A stretch of DNA of 64,000 nt. It comes from a virus. The notes under the pieces were generated by a model, which was given only the letters and a program-made list of their open reading frames with translations, searched no databases and was not told the DNA's origin. Positions 48,287-57,971 of the stretch are shown piece after piece. Both the position numbers and the translations under genes were made by a program. Positions within the stretch are counted from its first letter, which is position 1; the number at the start of each line of letters is the position of its first letter. Where the stretch lies: the IMG/VR virus record IMGVR_UViG_3300028583_001329. One strand, 5' to 3'.

Positions 48287-50287
48287 TTACCAACTTAACG
48301 ATGCAGTACCACTATCCTTGCTACTCGATGCTACGAGTGGGACGACATCACCCTCAGTTAATGATTCCATATTAACTTCTAAAGTTTCACCCATGAGACG
48401 GTCTACTTCCGCTTTTGACCATTTCATTATGTCAAGATTACGTGTACTTAAATTTTGCTTATCACCCGTATCTAAAAGAATATTGATAACGTAAGTTTGC
48501 GTATCCTGCCCAAGACGATCAACCCGACTCACTGCTTGATTTTTCTCATAATCTCTAAATGGATTGTTAAGAAACACCACCGTATTAGCACTGATGACTG
48601 GGATGGCGGTGGATAGGGATTTAAGTGTAGCTACCAGGGGATTGACTTTAGAGTCATTGTCAAACCTTTCCATGATGTTAACAATGTTCTTGTTGGTATC
48701 ACCGTATACGATAGCGGGTTTATAAGTCGGCTTTAAATGTTCGACAGCAATATCTACGACTTCGACAAAACTAGAAAAGATAAGTACTTTCTTCTTACTT
48801 GCTTTAATTATACCATCGTAGTCAACAACCTTGGCAATCTCTTTAAAACACTCTATACGTCTTCTACCTAAAACCCGACCTAGCGCCTCACCACGAATTA
48901 CCAACTCCACATACTTCACCACCCCTTTCACCCGTTTAAATTCTTTACGATTTTCAGCAGATAATCTAGGATATATAACACTATCTTCGTAAGCGTTGAC
49001 GTCCCTTATCAATTCAGCTAAAGGGCGATAGTCACTGGTGGATTTTAATACGTCTATCTTTTGAAGATAATTATTAAAGTCGCTACGTTCACCATCCCGA
49101 AGTGTTTGTTCAAACACAGTCAAAACCTTCTCAAAATCCTGAAGGTACGAGTTGTAATGTTCCTTATAGAAGGCAAGTCGTTCGGTAATGAATTCTAACA
49201 TTTCCTGTTTGACGTGCTCCAACGTAAAACGATCAGAATCCTTTACTTGAACTTTGATATCTTCTTCAATCGGATCATCAGTTCTGACTACAGTCTTATC
49301 AACATTGAATACACTCTTACCTATTCTTCTGGCAAGTATGTCATTAGCTCTTGATGAACTTACACCAAAGATACCTTTGAATCGCTTCTCGACCTCTGGT
49401 GTAAACAAGGGATCACAGGCTCGTAAGAAACTAACCATCTCCGTCGCTAGTGCCTTAAATGGCGTGCCTGACGACCAGAGTATATGCCGACATGCAGTCT
49501 GCCTGCATAACTCAATAAAGGACAACGTCCGCGCCGAAGTAACTTCATTGAAATGATGGCTCTCGTCAAGGTCAATGAATACGTCTTTTCGCTTGAAAAT
49601 GTCGACATTATTTAACAGGACGGGTAGTGCCTCGTAGTGACAGATATAGTAATCCATACCTTTGGGTGGTGGTGTGCCTGAATCGGACAACCAGCATTCC
49701 TTATCACCCTTAACGTATTTTTCAATGTTATCTAACCATACCTCACGTATCGCGTTTTTAGGACAGACTATTATCATCGTGTCTAACTCCAACAACCCAT
49801 GGAGTAAAAGACCTGAGAATGTCTTACCCGACCCAGGTGGAGATGCCAAGTAGTAGCCGTTAAGACCCATCTTAACGGTATTGATGGCATAGCTCTCAAT
49901 GAAGCTACTTTGATGGTCAAGCGGTTTAAGATTGAAGTTTCTAAGACGTCTGTAATTAACAACATCACCCACCTCCACCTCTCTACCAAGCCAGGTGTTT
50001 TCTTTAAGTAATTCCATTATCTTTAGAATAACACCCCTTGACAGATAAGTCTTACTTTGCTCAGATAGTATATCAAGAGCATTGTAATACTCATAGGCAA
50101 AGAACGAATCTAGACTTACTTCCGCTGCGCCTTGACTAATAAAAAGATTATTAGGAATTCTAACACTATTCCACATATTCTTCATATCTGAAACAACGGC
50201 TCTAGTTTTAATCCCGGAGACCGTTATCACCCCATCCTTTTCTTCCACACTAATGTGGCCTATAAGTCTCTGTAAAATACTTATCAT
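48287..50287 (-). CDS. SNF2/RAD2-like SF2 helicase, probably virion-associated
   Basis: ASPPGSGKT, DESHH, SSGTP, LIFSSF, and QAVSRVDRLGQ. Co-operonic with virion RNAP beta'C. Confidence 0.82.
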   Translation of the reverse strand: MISILQRLIGHISVEEKDGVITVSGIKTRAVVSDMKNMWNSVRIPNNLFISQGAAEVSLDSFFAYEYYNALDILSEQSKTYLSRGVILKIMELLKENTWLGREVEVGDVVNYRRLRNFNLKPLDHQSSFIESYAINTVKMGLNGYYLASPPGSGKTFSGLLLHGLLELDTMIIVCPKNAIREVWLDNIEKYVKGDKECWLSDSGTPPPKGMDYYICHYEALPVLLNNVDIFKRKDVFIDLDESHHFNEVTSARTLSFIELCRQTACRHILWSSGTPFKALATEMVSFLRACDPLFTPEVEKRFKGIFGVSSSRANDILARRIGKSVFNVDKTVVRTDDPIEEDIKVQVKDSDRFTLEHVKQEMLEFITERLAFYKEHYNSYLQDFEKVLTVFEQTLRDGERSDFNNYLQKIDVLKSTSDYRPLAELIRDVNAYEDSVIYPRLSAENRKEFKRVKGVVKYVELVIRGEALGRVLGRRRIECFKEIAKVVDYDGIIKASKKKVLIFSSFVEVVDIAVEHLKPTYKPAIVYGDTNKNIVNIMERFDNDSKVNPLVATLKSLSTAIPVISANTVVFLNNPFRDYEKNQAVSRVDRLGQDTQTYVINILLDTGDKQNLSTRNLDIMKWSKAEVDRLMGETLEVNMESLTEGDVVPLVASSSKDSGTASLSW

Positions 50288-50298
50288 GCCCGTATAAC

Positions 50299-51564
50299 CT
50301 ATTGTATAAAATCTAAACCCTGAAGCTCTTCTGTTTGAATATTGCTCTGGTGAAACTTACTTAAGAATAACGAAAGAAAGGCACTACCTGTAGCAGATGC
50401 AAGTAACGACAACGCTTTATCGTTATCAGCAATAGCATCACCCATACACACTTTACAATAGTCGGTGAAAGGTACTTTACACGCCATGGGACTTCTAAGT
50501 GTAAGTGTCTTACCGATGCTTGCTTTTAATGCAGCTTCACTTAAGGGTTTATCAGGTGCTGATACCAGACGACGACCCACAAACGCTTTGTAGTTCATGT
50601 TGGTAATAGCCATTGGCATGCCTACTTTATCCTTACAGTCGTCTTGAGAGATAAAGCTATTTTGGAATACACGAGTGATAGTTTTAACAGCCTCACCACC
50701 TAGCGCCGTCTGTGTAGAACGCGCGTAAGAGCCATCACGCAATGAGTTGATTAATGCAGGGAGATCTTCAACGTTCCACCCATCTTGCAGCGAGCGAGGG
50801 ATAACGTCGATCTTAGATGGGTCTTCAAACGAGGACTCACCACCATGCATTATATACGCCTGCTTACGAGTAACGTTAAATGCTTTAGCTGACTTATAGA
50901 AGCCTGACGATGGATCATCTTTGATATACTCGCGGTCCATGTCAATGAGTTCTTTCTCAATCTTAGCAATAACTGCGGGGTTATCTAACTCATCTTTGTG
51001 TTGCTTAAGCAATTCGTCACGACGTTTAACAATTGCCGGGCTTGTGGTGATAGATTTCTCAGAAGCAGACGGCACCCACAGTGATGTTAACGATGAAAGA
51101 AAGTACAGCTGTTTGAAATAGACAGAGACTTGTTCAGGTGTGATGATATCATCTTTAAGCGCTACTGCTACCTGGTCTCCTACCTTACCTGCTTTAACTT
51201 CTTCGTTGATATAAGGAATTACATCCCCAAAGGGATACGACAATAGCATAGCGTTGGCTAGCAGTCGACCTACTGTTGTTTCTGTCTTACCCTTAATGTT
51301 TTTAAGGGTATCCTTTTCAACAGTTATTACATCACTTGCTGTGAATAAAGGTTGATCTTCTTTATAGCCAACTACAGGTCCAGCGATGCTACCTTGTTCG
51401 TCGATGTAGTGTAATTCACCTTCCACATCTAATAACATACCAACGTATTGAGATTCACGTGGTTTAGGTGAGAAGATGCCAAATACACTTAAATGCCAGT
51501 GTTTTTGTATAAAGGCATTGTGCTTGATAGCAAACGCTAAATAAGTGTTTTTATCTATACTCAT
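50299..51564 (-). CDS. virion RNA polymerase beta' C-terminal subunit (phiKZ gp80-like)
   Basis: RDGSYARSTQTALGGE (bridge-helix-like), DDCKD, and Zn site LRSPMAC...CKVCMG. Paralogous to 41932-43908. Confidence 0.85.
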   Translation of the reverse strand: MSIDKNTYLAFAIKHNAFIQKHWHLSVFGIFSPKPRESQYVGMLLDVEGELHYIDEQGSIAGPVVGYKEDQPLFTASDVITVEKDTLKNIKGKTETTVGRLLANAMLLSYPFGDVIPYINEEVKAGKVGDQVAVALKDDIITPEQVSVYFKQLYFLSSLTSLWVPSASEKSITTSPAIVKRRDELLKQHKDELDNPAVIAKIEKELIDMDREYIKDDPSSGFYKSAKAFNVTRKQAYIMHGGESSFEDPSKIDVIPRSLQDGWNVEDLPALINSLRDGSYARSTQTALGGEAVKTITRVFQNSFISQDDCKDKVGMPMAITNMNYKAFVGRRLVSAPDKPLSEAALKASIGKTLTLRSPMACKVPFTDYCKVCMGDAIADNDKALSLLASATGSAFLSLFLSKFHQSNIQTEELQGLDFIQ

Positions 51565-52418
51565 TGTATACGTCCCGGATAGATAGTTTGATTAAGTTCA
51601 CGCATGATTGCGGCGGCTAACACCTCGTCACCAATTTCGGTATTGACAAGTAATTGTGTCGTCTCTTGAAGTAGATGATCTTCAACATCGCTAATCAAGA
51701 CACAGCCATAGATAAGTGCGGCGAGAGGAACAATAGCTTTAGATTCTATTAGAGTATCTACGGTGCTATTGGCATGTAGCCAGAGTGTGTCTAAAGGCAG
51801 ACCGTAATCGATGCCGCGTTCTAACATGCCGCGTAATGGGTTAGCTGGATAAGTCGCTATAGGGTGGATCTCATAGCGCTGTTTAGCGCGTTCTTTAGTA
51901 GCAGTAGTATTTACGATTAAGTTATCAATCTTACCATTGGCTATCTCTACCAAACGATCCATTAACGCTTCATCAACATGCGTTACTGCTTGCGTTACCG
52001 TCGACCAGGTAACTACATCACCCTGAGTACTTACAGACTCTACCAGCATGGCTAGAGCTTCTATGTTATCTTCACTTCCCGTCAATGTGTCGATAATCAT
52101 TTGCGCATCTTCAATTTGAGGAAGTAACCACAACGTTTCCAAAATAGCAAGGTAAGTAAAAGAATCTGGTGACTGTTCATCATCTACCACCACACCATGG
52201 CTGGCTAGTAGGTTGATCAGATACTCGTTATACATCAACGTCACTTCATCAATGATGTACGTATTCGTCTGTGTGTTGTTTGCCAGTACAAACGCATCGA
52301 TGGTTTCAACAAAACCGACCACTTGCATGTCGAAGAATAACTGATTGCATCCTATATAGAATGCCTGACGCGGTTCAGGTAGGGTGGATGTCAGGGCATC
52401 GGCGTCGGTTATATACAT
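51561..52418 (-). CDS. conserved chimallivirus protein
   Basis: 285 aa, ATGA overlap with the vRNAP gene. Confidence 0.55.
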   Translation of the reverse strand: MYITDADALTSTLPEPRQAFYIGCNQLFFDMQVVGFVETIDAFVLANNTQTNTYIIDEVTLMYNEYLINLLASHGVVVDDEQSPDSFTYLAILETLWLLPQIEDAQMIIDTLTGSEDNIEALAMLVESVSTQGDVVTWSTVTQAVTHVDEALMDRLVEIANGKIDNLIVNTTATKERAKQRYEIHPIATYPANPLRGMLERGIDYGLPLDTLWLHANSTVDTLIESKAIVPLAALIYGCVLISDVEDHLLQETTQLLVNTEIGDEVLAAAIMRELNQTIYPGRIQ

Positions 52419-52519
52419 GGTATCTACCTTATGTAATGGTTGCTACGTTAATTAATACAGCGTCTTGTAATTATACAAGACGTGTTATTCATATTTTATC
52501 AGACAGGAATATAAATAAA

Positions 52520-53086
52520 ATGGCCAAGTCCCCAAAGAACCAACGTAAAAATAAAGCACCAGCGAAGTCTACTGCAAAGAAAACGGACGCGTGGGCTGAG
52601 TTAAGATCACTAAGTGGTGCAGCGTCAACTATGCTGGCAGCGGCTACTCAAGTATCTCAATTATTTAAAAATCCAGATGCGCTTCGTAAGGTACAGGATA
52701 AACAAAAGCTTAACGCGCTAGGTCGCGTTCTGCTCAACGACCTTACTAACTTCAATACACGTCTTACTGCCATTCGCGATAGACATATTAACCGCGAAGC
52801 TCCAAAAGATGAGATGGAAGCAAACTTCATTGCAATTGATATTGGTCAAGACTACCAACAGTGGATGGAGGATTATAACACCGTTGTACCTATTACCACG
52901 GCACAGATTTTAGAACTCACCGAAGGGCGTTCGGTAGAGGAAGTCGAAGAAAACGCTAATCAGGCTCGTGTTGAGATTGAGAAGCAGAAAAAACAACCAG
53001 CGGTCAAACAACGTCGCTTAGGTGCTACAGCCACACCTAAGAAAACGTTAGACCTGATGGCAATGGCTAAAGGAGGTAGAAAGTAA
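52520..53086 (+). CDS. conserved helical protein with basic termini
   Basis: ATG 52520 with AGGAA SD, preferred over the track start at 52271. TAATG coupling to the next gene. Confidence 0.55.
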   Translation: MAKSPKNQRKNKAPAKSTAKKTDAWAELRSLSGAASTMLAAATQVSQLFKNPDALRKVQDKQKLNALGRVLLNDLTNFNTRLTAIRDRHINREAPKDEMEANFIAIDIGQDYQQWMEDYNTVVPITTAQILELTEGRSVEEVEENANQARVEIEKQKKQPAVKQRRLGATATPKKTLDLMAMAKGGRK

Positions 53087-54642
53087 TGAGTCATGACGAA
53101 CAAGATCCTCGTAACGTAGATCACAATGAGCAACCAAGAACACGAGTAACTGACCACTACGACCAACATGAGTTAGGTCAGGCTGAAGAACCAGAAGAAA
53201 CGATAAAGCCCACCTTTACACAAACAGGCGATTATAGTACGCCGTTAGATGAGTCTAAGAATACCGATGTTCCACTGGCTCTTCCCAGCGCCAACATGTC
53301 TAATATGTTTGATGTCTTATCTGACATGGCAAAGGTGTCTGTATCATCTGACTCAGCGCAGTTATGGAAAGATACGCTAGAGCTTAGTCTAGGTGAAGAC
53401 ATCATGCCTTACTCTAAAATGTTTGCTAAGCCTTTCTTTGAAGAGAGATTAGCATCTGAGGGCAGTGATTTTAGACAATACGTTGATAGCGACTCTGGGC
53501 GTTTGTCTGCTGTTAAGCCTAGGATTGGCAAAACAAACCCAGGCGGTACCATTAGTGGTGAAGCGGCTTTATTGAAAGTTAACGCTATGTTAACTATGGG
53601 TACGTCGGTTCAGATACCTTTGTGGCATTCTGGTATGTGGGTCAGTATCAAAGCTCCCTCAGAAGGCGCTCTAATTGAGTTAGACGAACGTATTGCTCTT
53701 GAGAAAGGAAAACTAGGTAGGAGTACACGCGGTACCGCTTTTAGCCACTCAGGCGTTTATATACGCGGTCACCTATTTAACTTTATTATCGATCACATCT
53801 ACGATTGTAATGTTAAAGACTGGAATGAGCAAATGTTACGCGAGAATATCTTAGTAACAGACTACTCATTGTTAATATGGGGGCTAAGTTGTGCAGTCTT
53901 CCCTAAAGGTTATCCGTTTACTCGTGCCTGTATGTCGGACATTAGCGAGTGTCAACACGTCATTAAAGAAACGTTAAACATTCCTAAGCTATTATGGACT
54001 GATAACAGTGTACTTAGTGAGAAACAACGTACTCATATGGCGCAGCGTAGTAGTAAGGTAACGCTGGAACGTGTTAAGTGGTATCAGGAAGAGTTTACAC
54101 ATCCTAATGCAAAAGCACTTCGTATAAATGCAGCGGTAAGTATGGATCTTCGTGTGCCTACTATGCTTGAGACTATCTCATCAGGTGTGCGTTGGGCAGA
54201 AGACATCGAACGCATGACTGAAGAAGGGTTAGGTAAAGACATCAAATATGAGAAACGTGCTCGCTATATGCAAGAACAGAGTAAGTTGATCATGTTACGT
54301 CGTTACTCACATTGGGTAGGTCGTTTTGTGATAGGCGAGGGTGATGATGCTGCTGTTGTAGCAGGAAACGATCGTGAAACTATCGATAAGCTTTGTGAAC
54401 AACTGTCTGCAGATACGGATACTATCAAGACATTCAGAAACCACATGCAAACTTTCATTGACAACGCAGCCTTTAGCATTGTAGGTATTCCTACTTACAC
54501 ATGCCCATCGTGCGGTGGTGAACAGAAAGATGCGCATGGTCGTTCGCCTTATCTAATTCCACTTGAGATTGAACAGCTTTTTATTATCCTCGTAGCGTTC
54601 AAACGGAGCAAGAGGATAAACGAGCGCAGCGAGGTAGATTAA
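53086..54642 (+). CDS. T4 gp26-like tail/baseplate-hub assembly chaperone with C-terminal CxxC
   Basis: CAVFPKGYP..RAC and C-terminal YTCPSCGG...LIPLEIEQLF, resembling the T4 gp26 family end (CxxCG...FF). Confidence 0.5.
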   Translation: MSHDEQDPRNVDHNEQPRTRVTDHYDQHELGQAEEPEETIKPTFTQTGDYSTPLDESKNTDVPLALPSANMSNMFDVLSDMAKVSVSSDSAQLWKDTLELSLGEDIMPYSKMFAKPFFEERLASEGSDFRQYVDSDSGRLSAVKPRIGKTNPGGTISGEAALLKVNAMLTMGTSVQIPLWHSGMWVSIKAPSEGALIELDERIALEKGKLGRSTRGTAFSHSGVYIRGHLFNFIIDHIYDCNVKDWNEQMLRENILVTDYSLLIWGLSCAVFPKGYPFTRACMSDISECQHVIKETLNIPKLLWTDNSVLSEKQRTHMAQRSSKVTLERVKWYQEEFTHPNAKALRINAAVSMDLRVPTMLETISSGVRWAEDIERMTEEGLGKDIKYEKRARYMQEQSKLIMLRRYSHWVGRFVIGEGDDAAVVAGNDRETIDKLCEQLSADTDTIKTFRNHMQTFIDNAAFSIVGIPTYTCPSCGGEQKDAHGRSPYLIPLEIEQLFIILVAFKRSKRINERSEVD

Positions 54643-54701
54643 TCTCTCCTCGTTTTGGGCTTGAGCGTGAACAAAACGCTAACTCACCGTTAAACCAAGC
54701 A

Positions 54702-55118
54702 ATGATGACGTTACCTGTCTTAGATAGTATTGGGGCCCAGATAGCGTTAACAGAGGCTTACGATCACACTTACGGTATCTTCAACTATGATGGCATCGAT
54801 TATAATCCTTTAAGTATTGTAGCCATGCATCCGGTAGAGGATACCCTTAAAGTGGGGTTGAAACCTTTCATGATTAAACGTTTTAGGATGTATGACATTC
54901 ACAAACGTTATGGCTTGTCGTTAACGGAGCTTCTTGCCTTACCTCGTGATACGGTTACTGATATATTTGATGATGCTGCTAAAGCCATTGCTGAAGAAGA
55001 AGAGCAGATGCAGGAGATTCAAAATGAAATGCGTGAAGCTATTAACGAGCAGAAGGCAGCTAAGCGTAAAACCATGCGAGCTCAGAAACAAAAGAAAGTA
55101 AAGAAGGCTGGGAAGTAA
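54702..55118 (+). CDS. T4 gp51 / tail chaperone C-segment-like protein; frame open from 54573
   Basis: KRYGLSLTELLALPRD..IFDDA..IAEEEE resembles the TAC-C/gp51 signature. No SD before ATG 54702. Confidence 0.5.
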   Translation: MMTLPVLDSIGAQIALTEAYDHTYGIFNYDGIDYNPLSIVAMHPVEDTLKVGLKPFMIKRFRMYDIHKRYGLSLTELLALPRDTVTDIFDDAAKAIAEEEEQMQEIQNEMREAINEQKAAKRKTMRAQKQKKVKKAGK

Positions 55119-55135
55119 TTCCTGGCCTTATGCCG
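55104..55135 (+). terminator. hairpin (stop codon in loop) + ATGCCG
   Basis: AAGGCTGGGAA-GTAA-TTCCTGGCCTT-ATGCCG. Confidence 0.65.
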
Positions 55136-55196
55136 TTTCGTCTATAATTACGTCGTGGTGTAACTATATAGAGGTAAAAGGTGAGATAATAAAACA

Positions 55197-55649
55197 ATGA
55201 TATTAGAATTTGTACATGCAGATTTATTTCAATTAGAAGCAGACACCATAGTCTGTCCTGTGAACTGTGACGGGACCATGGGGAATGGATTAGCGTTAGC
55301 GTTTAAATTCAAATACCCAGATGATCTGTTTAATCAATACCACTACTTGTGTGGCGAGCGTAAACTCAACCCAGGTCATAGTTGGCTTTATCGTCATCCA
55401 TATAAAAACGTATTGTGCTTTGCAACTAAAGACAGATGGCGTAATGACTCTAAGTTAGAATGGATATCTAGAGGACTTTATGCATGTTTGGATAATCTCC
55501 CACGTTTAGGTGTGAGACATATCGGCTTTCCTTTATTAGGATGTGGTAAGGGTAATTTAAACAAACATGATGTGATTGAGTTATTTAGAGAGGTCTTTGA
55601 TCCTGATATGGTAGAAGGGGTCGATTTAAAAGTCACGGTATGTTTATGA
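55197..55649 (+). CDS. macrodomain (ADP-ribosylhydrolase / Appr-1''-p processing, DarG-like)
   Basis: DLFQLEADTIVCPVNCDGTMGNGLALAFK.KYP, FATK..WR..SKLEWI, and IGFPLLGCGKG.L. Confidence 0.85.
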   Translation: MILEFVHADLFQLEADTIVCPVNCDGTMGNGLALAFKFKYPDDLFNQYHYLCGERKLNPGHSWLYRHPYKNVLCFATKDRWRNDSKLEWISRGLYACLDNLPRLGVRHIGFPLLGCGKGNLNKHDVIELFREVFDPDMVEGVDLKVTVCL

Positions 55650-55677
55650 TCAATTAACAGAATATAAGGAGCACGCT

Positions 55678-56976
55678 GTGTCTATTTTAAACCCAGCTGT
55701 AGCGGCAAGGATGGTAGAGATCATCGAATTAGATACTATTATGGTCTCTGTGGAACGCCTGACGTTAGACGTTGAGGGTTTCTTTAAAACCATTACCGAT
55801 CACTTCGATCGATTAGTTCTATTAGATAGAACGGTTACTGCTTTAGAAGAAAACAATGAAACAACTGTATCGGCAGAACACTTAGAGTATTTTCGCTCAC
55901 TAGGTATAACCGAAGAGACAGTGAGTGTTGAAAGTATACGTAATCAAGTTAAATCCCTTTGGAAAGGTATCGTTAAATACATTGTGGAGGGGATGAAGAA
56001 AGTAAAACTTTGGGCTAAGAAAATAGCACTGGCTATACCTAACTTGCGTAAGTTAATCGAATCTGTCAGTAAACTAGACCGTGATCGCCGCTACAACGAA
56101 GTCGTGTCTTTACGTGATGAATTAAACTACCTAGGTGGTGATACTATCACTCGTGATCAATTGTTAAAAGACTTTAACAATACCGTTGTCATTATGCGTG
56201 ATTGTTTTGAAGTGGATTTCCCATCTGTACTTAGCAGCGTTGAGAATACCTCTAATATCCTTAAGAACATTCCCATTGTTTTCAATAAAGGCATTGGTGA
56301 GTACGGTGACGCGGGGTATAGTGAATTAAGAGACATGATTAAATCGCTATGGACTACGTGTCATATTGCACCTGACGTAGGTGAATCTAATCCACCTAAT
56401 GGGATCTGGCACGAGTCGCTTAAAATACGCGGGATTACCAGCGATAGCCATTTAACTTTTTCCCCTAGAGCTGTTCCAGTAGTAGGAGGTCGTTATCCCT
56501 TAATGCGTTACCCACGTTTTAATAAGGAGCCAGCTCACGCCGCAATGTTGAAAAACCTCCCTACAGTGATCAACTACTCGCGTCTAGGTACAGCGCATCT
56601 GTCAAGTACGCATGTAGATGTCTATAGTAAGACAGCTAATACTTCAGGTGACGCTGCGGAGATAGATGCGCTCACCGGCGATCAAGTAACTGAGGTGTGT
56701 AGAAACTGCCTAGCGATATTGGACTCATTTGAAATCTACTACGAGCAGTTTGATGAGATTGAGAAATGTAAAGAAGATCTCATTAGAACAGGTAATAAAG
56801 CGATAGGTATTATTACTGATGAAGAAGATGAAACGCGTCAGTCTGTTTCTGAGTTCATTAGGAACGTAGTGAGATTTCAAGCCGTGAGATTAGACAAACC
56901 GTATGTATCACTTATAGGTCATGGTGTAAGATCCATGTATGCTCTAATGTCATACTGTCAAAAATCATTAGCCTAG
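55678..56976 (+). CDS. inner head protein paralog (phiKZ-type)
   Basis: AAGGAG SD with GTG start. VSVE, ALE, VSAE and VSVE sites followed by SIRNQVKSLWKGIVKYIVEGMKKVKLW. Confidence 0.65.
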   Translation: MSILNPAVAARMVEIIELDTIMVSVERLTLDVEGFFKTITDHFDRLVLLDRTVTALEENNETTVSAEHLEYFRSLGITEETVSVESIRNQVKSLWKGIVKYIVEGMKKVKLWAKKIALAIPNLRKLIESVSKLDRDRRYNEVVSLRDELNYLGGDTITRDQLLKDFNNTVVIMRDCFEVDFPSVLSSVENTSNILKNIPIVFNKGIGEYGDAGYSELRDMIKSLWTTCHIAPDVGESNPPNGIWHESLKIRGITSDSHLTFSPRAVPVVGGRYPLMRYPRFNKEPAHAAMLKNLPTVINYSRLGTAHLSSTHVDVYSKTANTSGDAAEIDALTGDQVTEVCRNCLAILDSFEIYYEQFDEIEKCKEDLIRTGNKAIGIITDEEDETRQSVSEFIRNVVRFQAVRLDKPYVSLIGHGVRSMYALMSYCQKSLA

Positions 56977-56999
56977 TTTTAATCTACCGGAGTACTATT

Positions 57000-57230
57000 A
57001 TGGAAGCATTTCTATATCCTATTTTGTTTGCTATCAGTAAGAAACTTATCGCAGCAGCGTTAGTGTTGATCTTTTGGTTTACGTCTTTACGTATTGCAGA
57101 TAAATTATTGGACATCAGGTTCAAAGAAGAGTGGGACTTGATCGAAGATGACAAAGCAAAGGTGAGTTATTGGAATACGCGGATGATTGCGTTTGCCATT
57201 ATGTTACTGGGATGCTTTGCCCTAGTATAG
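57000..57230 (+). CDS. small two-TM membrane protein, holin candidate
   Basis: 76 aa with hydrophobic segments LIAAALVLIFWFTSL and MIAFAIMLLGCFALV, directly upstream of the SLT gene. Confidence 0.5.
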   Translation: MEAFLYPILFAISKKLIAAALVLIFWFTSLRIADKLLDIRFKEEWDLIEDDKAKVSYWNTRMIAFAIMLLGCFALV

Positions 57231-57239
57231 GAGGTCATC

Positions 57240-57971
57240 ATGCGTTATTTGACCATTATACTTGTTATCCTTCTATGGGGGTGTGGGGAATCTATCCCAC
57301 CCCCTGATACAGATAAGACCGAACCTTTACCTGTGGAGATAGTTGAAGAGGTAGAGGTTGTTGAAGTCGAAGAGCCTGTTGAAGAACCCGATCCTATTGC
57401 GGAAGAAAAGGATGAGATTAAAGAGAACACGTACCAAGTAGTAGATGCCAGCAAGTTAAAAGGCTTGCAATCTATTAAATACGATCTTTTCTTTAAATCA
57501 GCCATGAGTTGGCATATGCCTCAGATAGACTGGCGTTGGCTCAAAGCTCAATGTTGGCAGGAAAGTCGTTTTAATCCTAAAGCGGTTAGTCCGGTCGGGG
57601 CTGGCGGTGTGTGTCAGTTCATGCCAGGGACATTTGACGGGGTTCCCGAATCTGTTAAACAGGGTAGGGATGTGTGGGATGCACGTACTAACATCGAAGC
57701 TGGTGCGTGGTATATGAATACCCGCTATAACTTCTGGACGTCACCCCGCCCTCAGTTAGACAGGATATGGTTAGCCCAGGCGTGTTATAATGCTGGTTGT
57801 GGTCATGTACTTAATGCACAAAAAGCATGTGGCAATCCAAGCGGTTACAATGACATTATCAAGTGCTTACCGCAAATAACCGGTAAGCACTCTAAAGAGA
57901 CTATTAGTTATGTAATATTAATTGATGGTTTTAGAAAGGAATTAGGGGTGCCTGACCCTATCAGTTATTAG
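57240..57971 (+). CDS. SLT-family lytic transglycosylase with lipoprotein-type signal peptide
   Basis: MRYLTIILVILLWGC, then an acidic Pro-rich linker, then AQCWQESRFNPKAVSPVGAGGVCQFMP and ACYNAG (SLT motifs I-III, catalytic Glu). Confidence 0.85.
   Translation: MRYLTIILVILLWGCGESIPPPDTDKTEPLPVEIVEEVEVVEVEEPVEEPDPIAEEKDEIKENTYQVVDASKLKGLQSIKYDLFFKSAMSWHMPQIDWRWLKAQCWQESRFNPKAVSPVGAGGVCQFMPGTFDGVPESVKQGRDVWDARTNIEAGAWYMNTRYNFWTSPRPQLDRIWLAQACYNAGCGHVLNAQKACGNPSGYNDIIKCLPQITGKHSKETISYVILIDGFRKELGVPDPISY

Noticed and set aside
52271-52519. Long N-terminal extensions in the ORF track (52271, 25184, 13185, 8144, 62815)
   Set aside because: They overlap neighbouring genes, and downstream ATGs have clear SD sequences, so the shorter starts were used.
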